Part shown: positions 45,854 through 55,822 of the stretch, piece after piece | Position numbering within the stretch: position 1 is the first letter of the stretch | Layout: every line of letters starts with the position of its first letter | Source: an uncultured Thermoplasmata archaeon | GTDB taxonomy: Archaea > Thermoplasmatota > Thermoplasmata > UBA10834 | Reading direction: 5' to 3' | DNA length: 64,000 nucleotides | Assembly (NCBI GenBank): GCA_963787465.1 | Contig: CAWBDD010000025.1 | Span: 4,306-68,305, forward strand | Position numbers and translations under genes: made by a program | Notes under the pieces: generated by a model | The model's database searches: none | What the model saw: only the letters and a program-made list of their open reading frames with translations | What the model was told of the DNA's origin: nothing

Positions 45854-46909
45854 TCACATCTTGGCCGCATACTTCTCGATTATGCTCAGGGCTATCTCCG
45901 TGACCCACTGGTCCGTGACGGGTTCGGGCCTCTCCGACCTGTGCCAGTATCCGTCCTTGGAGCGGCATCCGACCAGCCATGCGACGGGCTTCTCCATCCT
46001 CGGATCGTCTGCGCTGTAACCGTGGGTCGTGAGAATGTCGAGGGCGAGCAGGCCGGAGCCGTGGTATGTCGGGTACTTCAGCCGAGTCCAGTTGGTCTCC
46101 GACCGGTAGTACGCGGAGTGGTAGTTGCGCTGGAAGAACCGGTCCAGGAAGAAATCCAGGCCTCGGCGCCCGTTCGCAGAACGCGCGAAATTCACGTCCT
46201 GGACCATGCCGCGCATGACCATCATGGTCGTCCAGATGCAGCTCGGGACGTGATGGTGCGCCGCTGGATCGTATCGCGGCATCCGCCCACTCTCGACGAG
46301 CGCGATGAATGAGTCGACCTTCATGCCCCTGTACTCTGGAAGGTATCGCACATCCTCGAGGTACGGGATGACCCACCCACCGTCGGGGCGCTGGCGAGCG
46401 GCGAGCCAGTCGAATATCCTTCGCACCCGGGGGTCGTCGTTGACGCCCAGGCGCATTATGCATCTCAGCGCAAGGCCGTTGTGCTGGGGCGATGGGATCG
46501 TGGGATAGGTCGGACCAGGGATGTACCCTTCCTCCGATTGCCAGCCCAGGATGCGTTCGACGGTGGTCATCACCCTATCGTCGTCCTTGGTGGTGCAGCA
46601 CTCACCGAGCTCGTAGAGGTTCCTGAGCATCGTCGTGTACGTCCATCCCACAGGCGGCCCAGGGCCGGCGTCTTCAGCGATCTTCCTCTGCCGGGGTATG
46701 GGCCAAGTCCCGTCCTCCTGCAGGGTTTCGAGCAACCTCACGGTGGGCGGGTAGTGCCTGCACTCCTCTATGGTCCTCTCGAGGACCGGGTCCCGCTCAT
46801 CCATTTTCAGGACGTCTGACAGCAACCAGTACCTTACAGGTGGCACGGCGGACCTGAGCAGTCTAGCCGAAGACTCCTCCACTATCTGCTCAAGTTCTGA
46901 TCTCCTCAT
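45854..46909 (-). CDS. Prenyltransferase/squalene-cyclase-like alpha/alpha toroid protein
   Basis: QW-like repeats LQEDGTW, QRPDGGW and RSKDGYW; DDPR motifs. Confidence 0.65.
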   Translation of the reverse strand: MRRSELEQIVEESSARLLRSAVPPVRYWLLSDVLKMDERDPVLERTIEECRHYPPTVRLLETLQEDGTWPIPRQRKIAEDAGPGPPVGWTYTTMLRNLYELGECCTTKDDDRVMTTVERILGWQSEEGYIPGPTYPTIPSPQHNGLALRCIMRLGVNDDPRVRRIFDWLAARQRPDGGWVIPYLEDVRYLPEYRGMKVDSFIALVESGRMPRYDPAAHHHVPSCIWTTMMVMRGMVQDVNFARSANGRRGLDFFLDRFFQRNYHSAYYRSETNWTRLKYPTYHGSGLLALDILTTHGYSADDPRMEKPVAWLVGCRSKDGYWHRSERPEPVTDQWVTEIALSIIEKYAAKM

Positions 46910-47089
46910 GTGCAAAACGCTACGTCTGTATGTGGTAGAAATCAGTATTGGACGGGAACGACCCCTCCACCGACCTCTCCGGTGAGCCGTCAGCTTGCCA
47001 AAAATCATGGACAAGATTCATTACCTGCCGGCAGAATAGAACCTGGTCCAGGCGATAGTGGGTTCTTGCAGAAAGCTCACGCAGCCGAT

Positions 47090-48478
47090 ATGGAGTCCGG
47101 TCCTGTGGAGGACATCTGTCTTCTTGCAGTCGGTGACGACCCGGGATTCACGGAGACCCTGGCGTCAATCGCGGCTGAAGAGAGGAGGGTCAGGTTGCTC
47201 CTTGCGGGAACGATAGAGGAGGCGGCTGGGTCCGGGAAGCTCCTCGAGTGCGACATGGTTGTCGTCGATTCCAGAGGCACGCCTGAGGCGGCAGTGCGCT
47301 ACGCAATAGGGGCGTCGGCTGTCGGATTCATCAGGCCGACCATCGTCCTGACGGACATCGGTGTTTCTGAGCTTCAGACAGAGTTCGAGGTCGTCACCGA
47401 CTTGGGCAAGATCGGCGAGGCGCTCGGGAGAGCGGTCGCGAGGAGGGAGATGGAACACACCATCGCCGAGTCGGAGAAGATGTACAGGGACCTGTTCGAG
47501 AACTTGGGCGACGCGGTCTTCATACACAGGCCTGGCGGGAGGTTCTTTGCGGTCAACAAGGAGGCGTGCGAAAGCCTCGGATACACGAGAGAGGAACTGC
47601 TCGCGATGGGGCCTGATGACATCGACAGCCCGGAGCCGCCCTCGATGGTCCATCACCGGACCTCCGAACTCATGAAGCATGGCGAGGTGAAGTTCGAGGT
47701 CGTGCACGTCAAGAAGGACGGGACCAGGTTCCCCGTGGAGATCAAGCTCCGCTCGTTCGAACACATGGGCGGGCCGGCGATCATAGCAACCGTCCGAGAC
47801 ATCACGGAAAGGAAGCGGGCCGAGGAGGCGCTCATGCACGCCAACTCCAAGCTGGGACTGCTCGGAGCGATCACCAGGCACGACATCTCGAACAAACTCG
47901 TCGCGATATACGGTTATCTCGAGGTTCTGAAGCAGAACGGCGATGCATCGCTGAGGAGCAAATACGTCCAGAAGGCCATGGAGGCGGCCTCGGTCATCGC
48001 CGAACAGGTCAGCTTCGCTGGCGACTACCAGAAGACGGGGACGAAGGAGCCGGTCTGGGTCGACGTCGCGGCGGCGGTGGAGAGGGTCTCCACGGGGTTC
48101 GAGGCACTGACGGTCGCGACAGCGCCCGCCCTTAGAGGGCTCGAGATCCTCGCGGACCCGATGCTGGAGAAGGTGTTCTGGAACCTCATGGACAATGCGC
48201 AGAGGCACGGAGACGGCGCGACCAAGATGATGTTCTCGGCTGAGCGGAGAGGTTCTTCCCTCGTCATGGTCGTGGAGGACGACGGCGTGGGGATACTCGA
48301 CGAGGAGAAGGAGAGGATATTCGAGGCTGGGTACGGCCGTCACACGGGCATGGGCCTCTTCCTGATAAAGGAGATACTGGGGATCACGGACATCACGATC
48401 TCCGAGAACGGCGGCCCGGGCAGGGGAGCCCGGTTCGAGATCGTGGTTCCCGCTGGGAAGTACAGGCCGACTGGATAG
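47090..48478 (+). CDS. PAS-domain sensor histidine kinase with N-terminal receiver-like domain
   Basis: PAS/PAC (KKDGTRFPVE...RDITERK); H-box RHDISN; N-box NLMDNA; G-boxes DDGVG and GMGL. Confidence 0.92.
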   Translation: MESGPVEDICLLAVGDDPGFTETLASIAAEERRVRLLLAGTIEEAAGSGKLLECDMVVVDSRGTPEAAVRYAIGASAVGFIRPTIVLTDIGVSELQTEFEVVTDLGKIGEALGRAVARREMEHTIAESEKMYRDLFENLGDAVFIHRPGGRFFAVNKEACESLGYTREELLAMGPDDIDSPEPPSMVHHRTSELMKHGEVKFEVVHVKKDGTRFPVEIKLRSFEHMGGPAIIATVRDITERKRAEEALMHANSKLGLLGAITRHDISNKLVAIYGYLEVLKQNGDASLRSKYVQKAMEAASVIAEQVSFAGDYQKTGTKEPVWVDVAAAVERVSTGFEALTVATAPALRGLEILADPMLEKVFWNLMDNAQRHGDGATKMMFSAERRGSSLVMVVEDDGVGILDEEKERIFEAGYGRHTGMGLFLIKEILGITDITISENGGPGRGARFEIVVPAGKYRPTG

Positions 48479-48590
48479 ACCGACTGGCGCAGCGCCACTG
48501 CACGCGACGAGGCAACGGGGACCGCCTCGATTCTACCGACGCCTTTATTTATGCCCGGCCTTATGCTCGCGGTGACATAACGGTGGTACC

Positions 48591-49547
48591 ATGAACAAGA
48601 AGATGATGATGGTCGCGGCGGTCATCGCTGCCGCGCTGATTGTCGGCGGGACGGTCGGATACCTACTCCTCAAGGACGATGAGCCCCAGACGCTCAAGCT
48701 CGCGACGACGACGAGCACGTACGACTCCGGGCTCCTGGACTACATACTCCCGGTCTTCGAAGAGGAGAACGACTGCACCGTCGACGTCATCGCCGTCGGC
48801 TCCGGCGCCGCAATGACGCTCGGCCAGAACGGGGATGTCGACGTGCTGCTTGTGCACTCCCCAGCCGCTGAGGTCGCATTCGTGGAGGCCGGTTACGGCG
48901 AGAGCAGGAGCCTCGTCATGTACAACAACTTCGTGGTCGTCGGGCCGACCGAGGACCCGATCGACACGTTGTCCTCGACGAACGCCTCCGTCGCGTTCCA
49001 GAAGATATACGACAACGGCACGGCCGGCAACGCGACATTCATATCGAGGGCGGACAACTCCGGGACCTACACCAAGGAGCTCAGCATCTGGGCTTTGCTC
49101 GGGTTCAACAAGACGGAGGTCTTGGCCTTCCCCGAGTCATGGTACATACAGTCCGGTCAGGGCATGGGCGCGGTGCTGGACATGGCGGAGGAGATGGATG
49201 CGTACACCCTGTCCGACGACGCCACTTACTACCAGAGGGTCTCCGAGGACCTGATACCGCACCTGAACATGACCTTCTCGGGCGACAGCGTGCTCTTCAA
49301 CCAGTACAGCGTTATCCCCGTCAACTCCACGATGTGGCCGCACGTGAACCACACGCTCGCGCTCGACTTCGCCGAGTGGCTCGTGTCCGATGACGGGCAG
49401 GACCTGATCGCCAGCTACGAGAAGTACGACATGCAGCTGTTCTTCCCGAACGCCGTGGGATACGTCCCGAGCACGGAGTCGCTGCTCAGCGTCCAGGCCT
49501 TCGACGAGGCCTGCGCGGCGGCCCCCGTGGAGAGGACCGGAAGATAG
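48591..49547 (+). CDS. tupA: Tungstate ABC transporter substrate-binding protein
   Basis: ATTTSTYDSGLL signature, DVLLVH and FISRADNSGT. Confidence 0.92.
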   Translation: MNKKMMMVAAVIAAALIVGGTVGYLLLKDDEPQTLKLATTTSTYDSGLLDYILPVFEEENDCTVDVIAVGSGAAMTLGQNGDVDVLLVHSPAAEVAFVEAGYGESRSLVMYNNFVVVGPTEDPIDTLSSTNASVAFQKIYDNGTAGNATFISRADNSGTYTKELSIWALLGFNKTEVLAFPESWYIQSGQGMGAVLDMAEEMDAYTLSDDATYYQRVSEDLIPHLNMTFSGDSVLFNQYSVIPVNSTMWPHVNHTLALDFAEWLVSDDGQDLIASYEKYDMQLFFPNAVGYVPSTESLLSVQAFDEACAAAPVERTGR

Positions 49548-49574
49548 GCCTCGTGCAGGAGCTGGAGATGAGGA

Positions 49575-50228
49575 ATGGTCGGAACCGCTAGCGAACTCAT
49601 AGAGGTGACCATCCTCTCCCTCTACGTATCGGGGATGGCCACCATCCTCGGTTCGGCGATAGGGATACCCCTGGGCGCGCTGATAGGCCTGAAGGAGTTC
49701 GGCGGCAAGGGGGCGGTCAAGACCATAACCTACACCCTCTACGGGTTCCCCCCTGTCCTCTCCGGCCTCTTCATCTACTACATCTTCTCGCGGGCTGGAC
49801 CGCTCGGCGATTTCGGCATACTGTTCACGCCGACGGCCATGATACTGGCTGAGACGCTGCTGGTGATACCCCTGGTGACTGGAATCACCATCACATCCGT
49901 GGTCGAGGTGGACAAGGCCATCAAGGACACGGTCAAGGCCCTCGGGGCGACCCCGAAGCAGTCCGTCCTCACGGTCATGAGGGAGGCGTGGGTCGGCCTC
50001 GTGATGGCGTGCATGGTCGGGTTCGGGAGGGTGATCGCCGAGGTGGGCGCGGCGTACCTCGTCGGGGGCAACATCGACGGGAAGACGCGCGTGCTCACCA
50101 CGACGATCATGCTCGAGACCAGGATGGGCCACTTCGAATGGGCCATGGCCCTGGGCGCCGTCCTGCTGACCGTCGCGCTGGTGGTGTTCTTCTTCCTCAG
50201 GATGCTGCAGGAGAAGGAGATGCTATGA
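49575..50228 (+). CDS. tupB: Tungstate ABC transporter permease
   Basis: GFGRVIAEVGA...GGNI...TRVLTT. Confidence 0.92.
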   Translation: MVGTASELIEVTILSLYVSGMATILGSAIGIPLGALIGLKEFGGKGAVKTITYTLYGFPPVLSGLFIYYIFSRAGPLGDFGILFTPTAMILAETLLVIPLVTGITITSVVEVDKAIKDTVKALGATPKQSVLTVMREAWVGLVMACMVGFGRVIAEVGAAYLVGGNIDGKTRVLTTTIMLETRMGHFEWAMALGAVLLTVALVVFFFLRMLQEKEML

Positions 50229-50962
50229 CCGACGCCATCTCCCTCAAGGGCGTGTCCAAGAGGTACAAGGACGTCGACGCCCTGAAGAAGGTCTCCCTGA
50301 CGGTGACTGAGGGGGAGGTCTTCGGGATAGTCGGACCAAGCGGAGCCGGCAAGAGCACGATGCTCCGCATCATGGACCTAATCGAACCGCCGACCGAGGG
50401 CGAGCTCTTCATACGCGGCGAGAGGATGGCGTTCTCCGGGAGGAAGGCCGACCTCGCGAGGAGGGCGATCGGAATGGTCCTCCAGAAGCCCGTCGTGCTG
50501 AACAGGAGCGTTGCGAACAACCTCGCGTACGCCCTCATGATAAGAGGCTGGGACGAGGGGAAGGCCGAGGAGAAGGTCTATGCCGAACTCAAGAGGCTCG
50601 GCCTCCAAGGCAGGCGCAGGAAGAATGCCAGGATCCTCTCCGGAGGGGAGATGCAGAGGTTGTGCTTCGCCCGCGCGACCATACACGATCCCGGGATACT
50701 GCTCCTCGACGAATTCGCCGCCAACCTCGACCCTGCGAATGTCGCCCTGCTCGAGGAACAGGTCAAGGACTACATGGCGCAGGACCGGGCGCGGACGGCT
50801 GTCGTAGTCACGCACAACATGTTCCAGGCTAGGCGTATGTGTGACCGCGTCGCGCTGATGTGGGGCGGAGAAATCGTCGAGGTGGCAAACAAGGTCGATT
50901 TCTTCGAGAGGCCGAAAGACCAGAGGACATCCGCGTTCGTGAAGGGCGAGTCCGTCTACTGA
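50225..50962 (+). CDS. tupC: Tungstate ABC transporter ATPase
   Basis: GPSGAGKS, LSGGE and LLLDE; start overlaps the permease stop. Confidence 0.9.
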   Translation: MTDAISLKGVSKRYKDVDALKKVSLTVTEGEVFGIVGPSGAGKSTMLRIMDLIEPPTEGELFIRGERMAFSGRKADLARRAIGMVLQKPVVLNRSVANNLAYALMIRGWDEGKAEEKVYAELKRLGLQGRRRKNARILSGGEMQRLCFARATIHDPGILLLDEFAANLDPANVALLEEQVKDYMAQDRARTAVVVTHNMFQARRMCDRVALMWGGEIVEVANKVDFFERPKDQRTSAFVKGESVY

Positions 50963-51015
50963 GTGGGACAACACTTATCGTCGCCCGACGGATTGCACTC
51001 ATTGGAGGAGAGTCC

Positions 51016-51228
51016 GTGAAGACCAGCGCGAGGAACCAGTTCGAAGGCAAGATAGTGTCCGTGGAGAAGGGGGCCGTCGGCGCCGTCGTGAAGGTGATGC
51101 TCGATAAGCCGGTGCTGGTCACCGCGTTCATCACCAAGGAATCGGTCGAGGACCTGGACCTCAAGAAGGGGGACAGGGCGGTCGCGATTGTGAAGTCTAC
51201 CGAGGTCATGATAGCCAAGGATATCTGA
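51016..51228 (+). CDS. TOBE/Mop molybdate-tungstate binding protein
   Basis: SARNQFEG...ITKESVEDLDL...KSTEVMI; GGAGG before a GTG start. Confidence 0.9.
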   Translation: MKTSARNQFEGKIVSVEKGAVGAVVKVMLDKPVLVTAFITKESVEDLDLKKGDRAVAIVKSTEVMIAKDI

Positions 51229-51242
51229 CCCAGAAATCGCCC

Positions 51243-52448
51243 CTAGAGCAGGAACACGCGGACCTGCTCGTCCTTCTCGACGAGGTCCACGTCCGCAGGT
51301 ATCATCACATAGCCGTCGGCATAGGCCATGCTCGTTATCGCACCGGACTCCTTGAACGCCGGGTGGGCGACGTCGCCTTCGAGCCTGACAGTGAGGAACT
51401 GCGTCCGCCCGGTCGTGGAGACGACCCGCTTCGACATGCGCGCGAGGACCGATGCCGGTTCCCTGCTCGGCAGTCGGGCCATTCTCCGGACGGTCGGGAC
51501 GAGGAGCATGTAGGCGTTGGACAGGCACGACGTCGGGTAGCCAGGCATCCCGAACAGTAACCGTTTTCCGACGGTCCCGAAGAGCGTCGGTTTCCCTGGC
51601 TTCACGGCTATGCCGTGGAACAGCACCTCGCCCCTGCGCTCAAGCAGGTCGAGCATTATGTCCCTCTCGCCGACCGAGCTCCCGCCCGAGAAGACAAGTA
51701 TGTCGCAGTCCGAGTTGCCGTCCACCACGCGCTCCAGGTCCTTCATCTCGTCCTTGGCGATCGGCAGGATCCTCGGGTCCCCGCCGTTCGACCGCACGGC
51801 CGCAGCGACCGTGTACGAGTTGATGTTGTAGACCTGACCCGGTTTGAGCTTCGTCCCGAGCTCCGCGATCTCGTCCCCCGTCGTCACGATCGCGACGCGG
51901 GGTCTCCTGAAGACGGAGACTGAACATGCCCCCACCGCGGCGAGGGCCCCGATCTTGCTCGGGTTGAGGAGGTCTCCGTGCGACACGAGCCTCGCGCCAG
52001 GCACGATGTCCTCCCCCTTCTTCGAGGTGTTCTTCCCTGGATGCACGGACTCGCTGACGGAGACCTCGATTCCCTCTATCTCCGTGTCCTCGACCATGAC
52101 CACAGCGTCGGCGCCCTTCGGCAGCATCGCGCCCGTGGCGATCTCCGCACACACGCCCTTGCCGACGGCCTTCTTGGGGACGGATCCGGCGTACAGCTTC
52201 TCGTGCAGCGTGAGCGTGACAGGGTGGTTCCTCGACGCGCCGAACGTGTCTCGCGCCCTGACGGCGTAGCCGTCCATCGCGGCGCGGGAGAACGGCGGGA
52301 CGCTCGTCCTCGATATCACATCTGAGGCGCAGACGCGCTCCGATGCGTCCGCGAGCCGGAGCTTCTCCACTTCCTCGACCTGGACGATCCTGGAATCGAC
52401 GATCCTGAGCGCCTCGTCGAGCTGTATGAGCTTCTTGATCGGCCTCAC
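51243..52448 (-). CDS. moeA: Molybdopterin molybdo/tungstotransferase MoeA
   Basis: AAMDGYAV, TGDE, SGGSSVGERD, KPGKP and GMPGYP. Confidence 0.95.
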   Translation of the reverse strand: MRPIKKLIQLDEALRIVDSRIVQVEEVEKLRLADASERVCASDVISRTSVPPFSRAAMDGYAVRARDTFGASRNHPVTLTLHEKLYAGSVPKKAVGKGVCAEIATGAMLPKGADAVVMVEDTEIEGIEVSVSESVHPGKNTSKKGEDIVPGARLVSHGDLLNPSKIGALAAVGACSVSVFRRPRVAIVTTGDEIAELGTKLKPGQVYNINSYTVAAAVRSNGGDPRILPIAKDEMKDLERVVDGNSDCDILVFSGGSSVGERDIMLDLLERRGEVLFHGIAVKPGKPTLFGTVGKRLLFGMPGYPTSCLSNAYMLLVPTVRRMARLPSREPASVLARMSKRVVSTTGRTQFLTVRLEGDVAHPAFKESGAITSMAYADGYVMIPADVDLVEKDEQVRVFLL

Positions 52449-52948
52449 CTGTTCGCCTCCCAGACGAGGTGACCCAGCTCCGGCGCGATCAGCTTCCCGA
52501 CGGCCAGCGCGACGGCGTTCCTCGAACCCGGGAGACAGAAGACTGGTTTGCCCTCCGACACGTATGCCTTCGCCCGGGACAGCATGGCCGCGCTCCCGAT
52601 CTCCTGGTAGCTGAGCGCCCTGAACAGCTCACCGAACCCGGGGAGCTCCTTCTCTTGATACTCCTCGACAGCCTCGAGAGTGACATCCCGCTTCGCCACC
52701 CCGGTGCCGCCGTTCACGATGACGGCGCGCACTCTCGGATCCTCCATGAGCTCGCGCAGGGCCATCTGGATCCCGGAGCCATCGTCCTTGACGATGACCT
52801 TCCGGAGGCATCTGTGCCCGAAGGAAGACATGATCTCGATTATCGTCTTGCCCGAGAGGTCGTCCGCCTCGGTCCTCGTGTCGCTGACGGTGATGACTGC
52901 GAAATCCACGCTCTTCGGGGCCTTCTCCCTGTGCTCATCCACACCCAT
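52445..52948 (-). CDS. moaB: Molybdopterin adenylyltransferase MoaB/MogA
   Basis: ITVSD, GGTG...RDVT.EA, PGFGELFR and LPGS. Confidence 0.93.
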   Translation of the reverse strand: MGVDEHREKAPKSVDFAVITVSDTRTEADDLSGKTIIEIMSSFGHRCLRKVIVKDDGSGIQMALRELMEDPRVRAVIVNGGTGVAKRDVTLEAVEEYQEKELPGFGELFRALSYQEIGSAAMLSRAKAYVSEGKPVFCLPGSRNAVALAVGKLIAPELGHLVWEANR

Positions 52949-52952
52949 CTCG

Positions 52953-53390
52953 TCATCCTCCCTTCTTCTTGCTGACGACCCTGACATCAGCGATCCTCGT
53001 GTGCGGGTACTGGCCGGATTCATCCTTCTCGAGGTACTTGACCATGTCCCACGCATTCAACAGCGCGACGGTGACTCCGACAAGGGCCTCCATCTCGACC
53101 CCGGTCCGGTAATCCGCCTTCACGGTGCACCTGCACCTGAGCCTGTCGCCCTCAGGGAGGACCTCGACCTCTGCGGACGTGAGCGGTATCTGATGGCAAA
53201 GCGGAATGGTGGAGGATGTCGACTTGGCTGCCTGGATCCCGGCCAGTTTCGAGGCCGTGACGACGTCGCCCTTCTTGATGGTGCCCGACGCGATGGCCTT
53301 GACCGTCGATGTCTTCAAGACCAGCAATCCCTCGGCCGTCGCTTCGCGCCTCACGACATCCTTGTCGCCGACATCCACCATCTTGGCCAT
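52953..53390 (-). CDS. moaC: cPMP synthase MoaC
   Basis: MVDVGDK, IPLCH, TGVEMEAL and WDMVK. Confidence 0.95.
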   Translation of the reverse strand: MAKMVDVGDKDVVRREATAEGLLVLKTSTVKAIASGTIKKGDVVTASKLAGIQAAKSTSSTIPLCHQIPLTSAEVEVLPEGDRLRCRCTVKADYRTGVEMEALVGVTVALLNAWDMVKYLEKDESGQYPHTRIADVRVVSKKKGG

Positions 53391-53395
53391 GCGAC

Positions 53396-53815
53396 TCACA
53401 TCCCCAGTCCGACCCAACGGCTCTCTTCGGGCCCGAACTCCTTCTTCCATATGGGGGTCGACTTCTTCAGCTCATCGATTATGAACCTGCACGCGTCGAA
53501 CGCCCCCTCCCTGTGGGCGGCGCTCACCGCGATCACCAAGATGACATCCCCGACCTTCAGAGACCCGGTGCGGTGGGCCACCGAGATCCCCTTGACCGGG
53601 AACCTCTCCGCCGCCAAGGTGCATATGCGCTCCAGGTCCGTCCGGGCCAGCTCCTCGGACGATTCGACCTCGATGCGCTCGACGGCGGATCCGTCCGAGG
53701 ACGACCTCACGGTCCCTATGAAGCAGACGATGCCGCCAGCTTCGTCCGAGCGGACCGCGGCCAGCACCTCGTCCACCGAGACGGGCCCACTCATGATCCT
53801 GACGATCGGCATCAT
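53396..53815 (-). CDS. moaE: Molybdopterin synthase catalytic subunit MoaE
   Basis: FIGTVR, HRTG.L, SAAHR..AF and PIWKKE. Confidence 0.95.
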   Translation of the reverse strand: MMPIVRIMSGPVSVDEVLAAVRSDEAGGIVCFIGTVRSSSDGSAVERIEVESSEELARTDLERICTLAAERFPVKGISVAHRTGSLKVGDVILVIAVSAAHREGAFDACRFIIDELKKSTPIWKKEFGPEESRWVGLGM

Positions 53816-53822
53816 GGCACGG

Positions 53823-54785
53823 TCACCTCCAGTACGGCCGCCTCTTGGAGACGGCTTCCATGAACAGCGATTTCAGCTCCTCGTCGGATGCCCCGCTCCT
53901 CATCGGCGAGAGCACGTCGACCTCGCCGGACGCGTCCAGCAGGCATGGTTTCAGCTTCCCGTCGCTGGACATCCTGAGGCGGGTGCAATGGGCGCAGAAC
54001 TCGGTGTTGTGCATCGGCCGGACGACCTCGACAACGACCCTCCGCCCGTCCGACAGGATGGTGTAGCGCCTCCGCCTATGGAGCTCGTTGAAATCGACCT
54101 GTAGCGCCTGTTCGGAGAGACGCCTCTCGACATCTGCCAGCGAGTAGAAGCGCTTCGAGAAGCTCCTGTCCTTCGACCCCTCCTTGCTGGCCTCGTACTC
54201 GATGAGCTGCAGGATCGCCCCGGCATCGGCGCAGAACCGGGTCATGTCGTCGATGGCGTGCTCGTTGACGTCCTTGAACACCACCATGTTGACCTTGACC
54301 GGGTTCAGTCCGGCCGAGACGGCCTTTGATATCCCGCCGACGATTGAGTCCACGGAACCGGCCCCACAGAGCCGTCTGTAGACGGCTGGGTCGCGACTGT
54401 GCAGGCTCACATTGACCCGTGCGAGACCAGCGGACCTGAGGTCGTCGGCGACACCGGCGAGCTTCTGGCCGTTGGTCGTCAGGGACACCTCCCTTACCAG
54501 CGCTGAGACCCTTCGGATAATATCGGCGATGTCGGATCTCATGAGGGGTTCGCCGCCTGTGAGTTTGACCTTCTGAATCCCGATGCCCGTGGAAATCCTG
54601 ACGAGCCTCTCGATCTCCCCCGGGGTCATCTCCTCGTATGAGCGGCTCTGACCCTCCTTGTGGCAGTGGTCGCAATTGAGGTCACAACTCTGCGTGACGG
54701 AGACCCTGAGGCTTCTCACAGGCCGACCGTATCCATCAGTCAGTGGACCATTCTCTGCGTTGACACGCCCGCTCGTGCTCGACAT
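53823..54785 (-). CDS. moaA: GTP 3',8-cyclase MoaA (radical SAM)
   Basis: CDLNCDHC, TGGEP and the second cluster FCAHCTRLR...KPCL. Confidence 0.95.
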   Translation of the reverse strand: MSSTSGRVNAENGPLTDGYGRPVRSLRVSVTQSCDLNCDHCHKEGQSRSYEEMTPGEIERLVRISTGIGIQKVKLTGGEPLMRSDIADIIRRVSALVREVSLTTNGQKLAGVADDLRSAGLARVNVSLHSRDPAVYRRLCGAGSVDSIVGGISKAVSAGLNPVKVNMVVFKDVNEHAIDDMTRFCADAGAILQLIEYEASKEGSKDRSFSKRFYSLADVERRLSEQALQVDFNELHRRRRYTILSDGRRVVVEVVRPMHNTEFCAHCTRLRMSSDGKLKPCLLDASGEVDVLSPMRSGASDEELKSLFMEAVSKRRPYWR

Positions 54786-54854
54786 GTCCAAAGTGGCATA
54801 TCGCGTGGCGACTATAAACATTGCTGGCGGTCGCCACTGAACATGCGCACGCAG

Positions 54855-55469
54855 TCAGAGGGAATAGACTGTGGGAGCCACATACCAGTTCGACTCGACC
54901 TCCAATACTACGATGGTATCTTCGTCGACGAAGGAGGCCCATGCCCCATCTACGACGGTGTAGTTTACCTCGAGCAGACAGCAATCCTCCGATTCGACAC
55001 CGAATACGCTCTCCAGCTGGTTCACATACTCGTCGAGGTCCGCAATCATCTCCTGGGGAAGCTCGGTGCGATACCTCGAATCGATCGATTGGATGATGAC
55101 CGTAGGCGTCCCTTCCAAGGCGATCTCGGCTGCGATGGACTCGGCTTGGGCATCGAGGTATTCTTCGCCCAGGAATCGGCCCAGGGTATAGTCCAGGGCC
55201 GTGCGGATGTCGCCTTCACCGAGGGCATCCACATAGGAACGGAACACATCCTCAGGGGACCCAGTGTCATTGGGAGCGAGGTAGATGAAATAGGTGAGGC
55301 CTCCTGCGACGACCAGGGCGACGACCGTCACCGCGAGCGCCCATAGCTTGCCCTTTCTCGGTCGGCGACGACACTGACCAGCCGGCGCAGACCTTATCTG
55401 ATCTTCTTCGGTCAATGCAACTTTCCGGGCATATCTGACTGGCTGCCCCTCCGTCGAACCTTCGGCCAT
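54855..55469 (-). CDS. Single-TM hypothetical protein with an NTF2-like extracellular domain
   Basis: Basic N-terminus, one TM, SPEDVFRSYVDAL..GD...A, terminal LEVESNWYV. Confidence 0.6.
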   Translation of the reverse strand: MAEGSTEGQPVRYARKVALTEEDQIRSAPAGQCRRRPRKGKLWALAVTVVALVVAGGLTYFIYLAPNDTGSPEDVFRSYVDALGEGDIRTALDYTLGRFLGEEYLDAQAESIAAEIALEGTPTVIIQSIDSRYRTELPQEMIADLDEYVNQLESVFGVESEDCCLLEVNYTVVDGAWASFVDEDTIVVLEVESNWYVAPTVYSL

Positions 55470-55822
55470 TTCCCCTCGACCAAGGACATGAAGTATGGAA
55501 CCGGGATATCATACTATCTGACCACTACTCTTTGGCGGGGCGCATGTCGGTTTTGGAGACCGAGAGGGCCATACTGGGTGGTGGCAGAAGCTCTATCAGC
55601 CATCAGGTTCGAGAGGACCAGCTCGTGCCGCGGTCGCCAAGAACCCATGGAAACGATTGATTGCATTGACAGGGGTCACTTGCCCGCTCCCAATCAGCCG
55701 TGACCAGCGAAGTCGCACCAGATTGCGACCGAATTAGCACACGGATAGGACCCGATATAACCGCGAAACACCATCACCCCGCCGTGGGGCGGCCTTTTGG
55801 CCTATTCCACAGGGGAAAGAGC

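Noticed and set aside
53823-53850. MoaA lacking the C-terminal GG motif
   Set aside because: A PY(W/F)-type ending is usual for archaeal MoaA, so this is not a defect.
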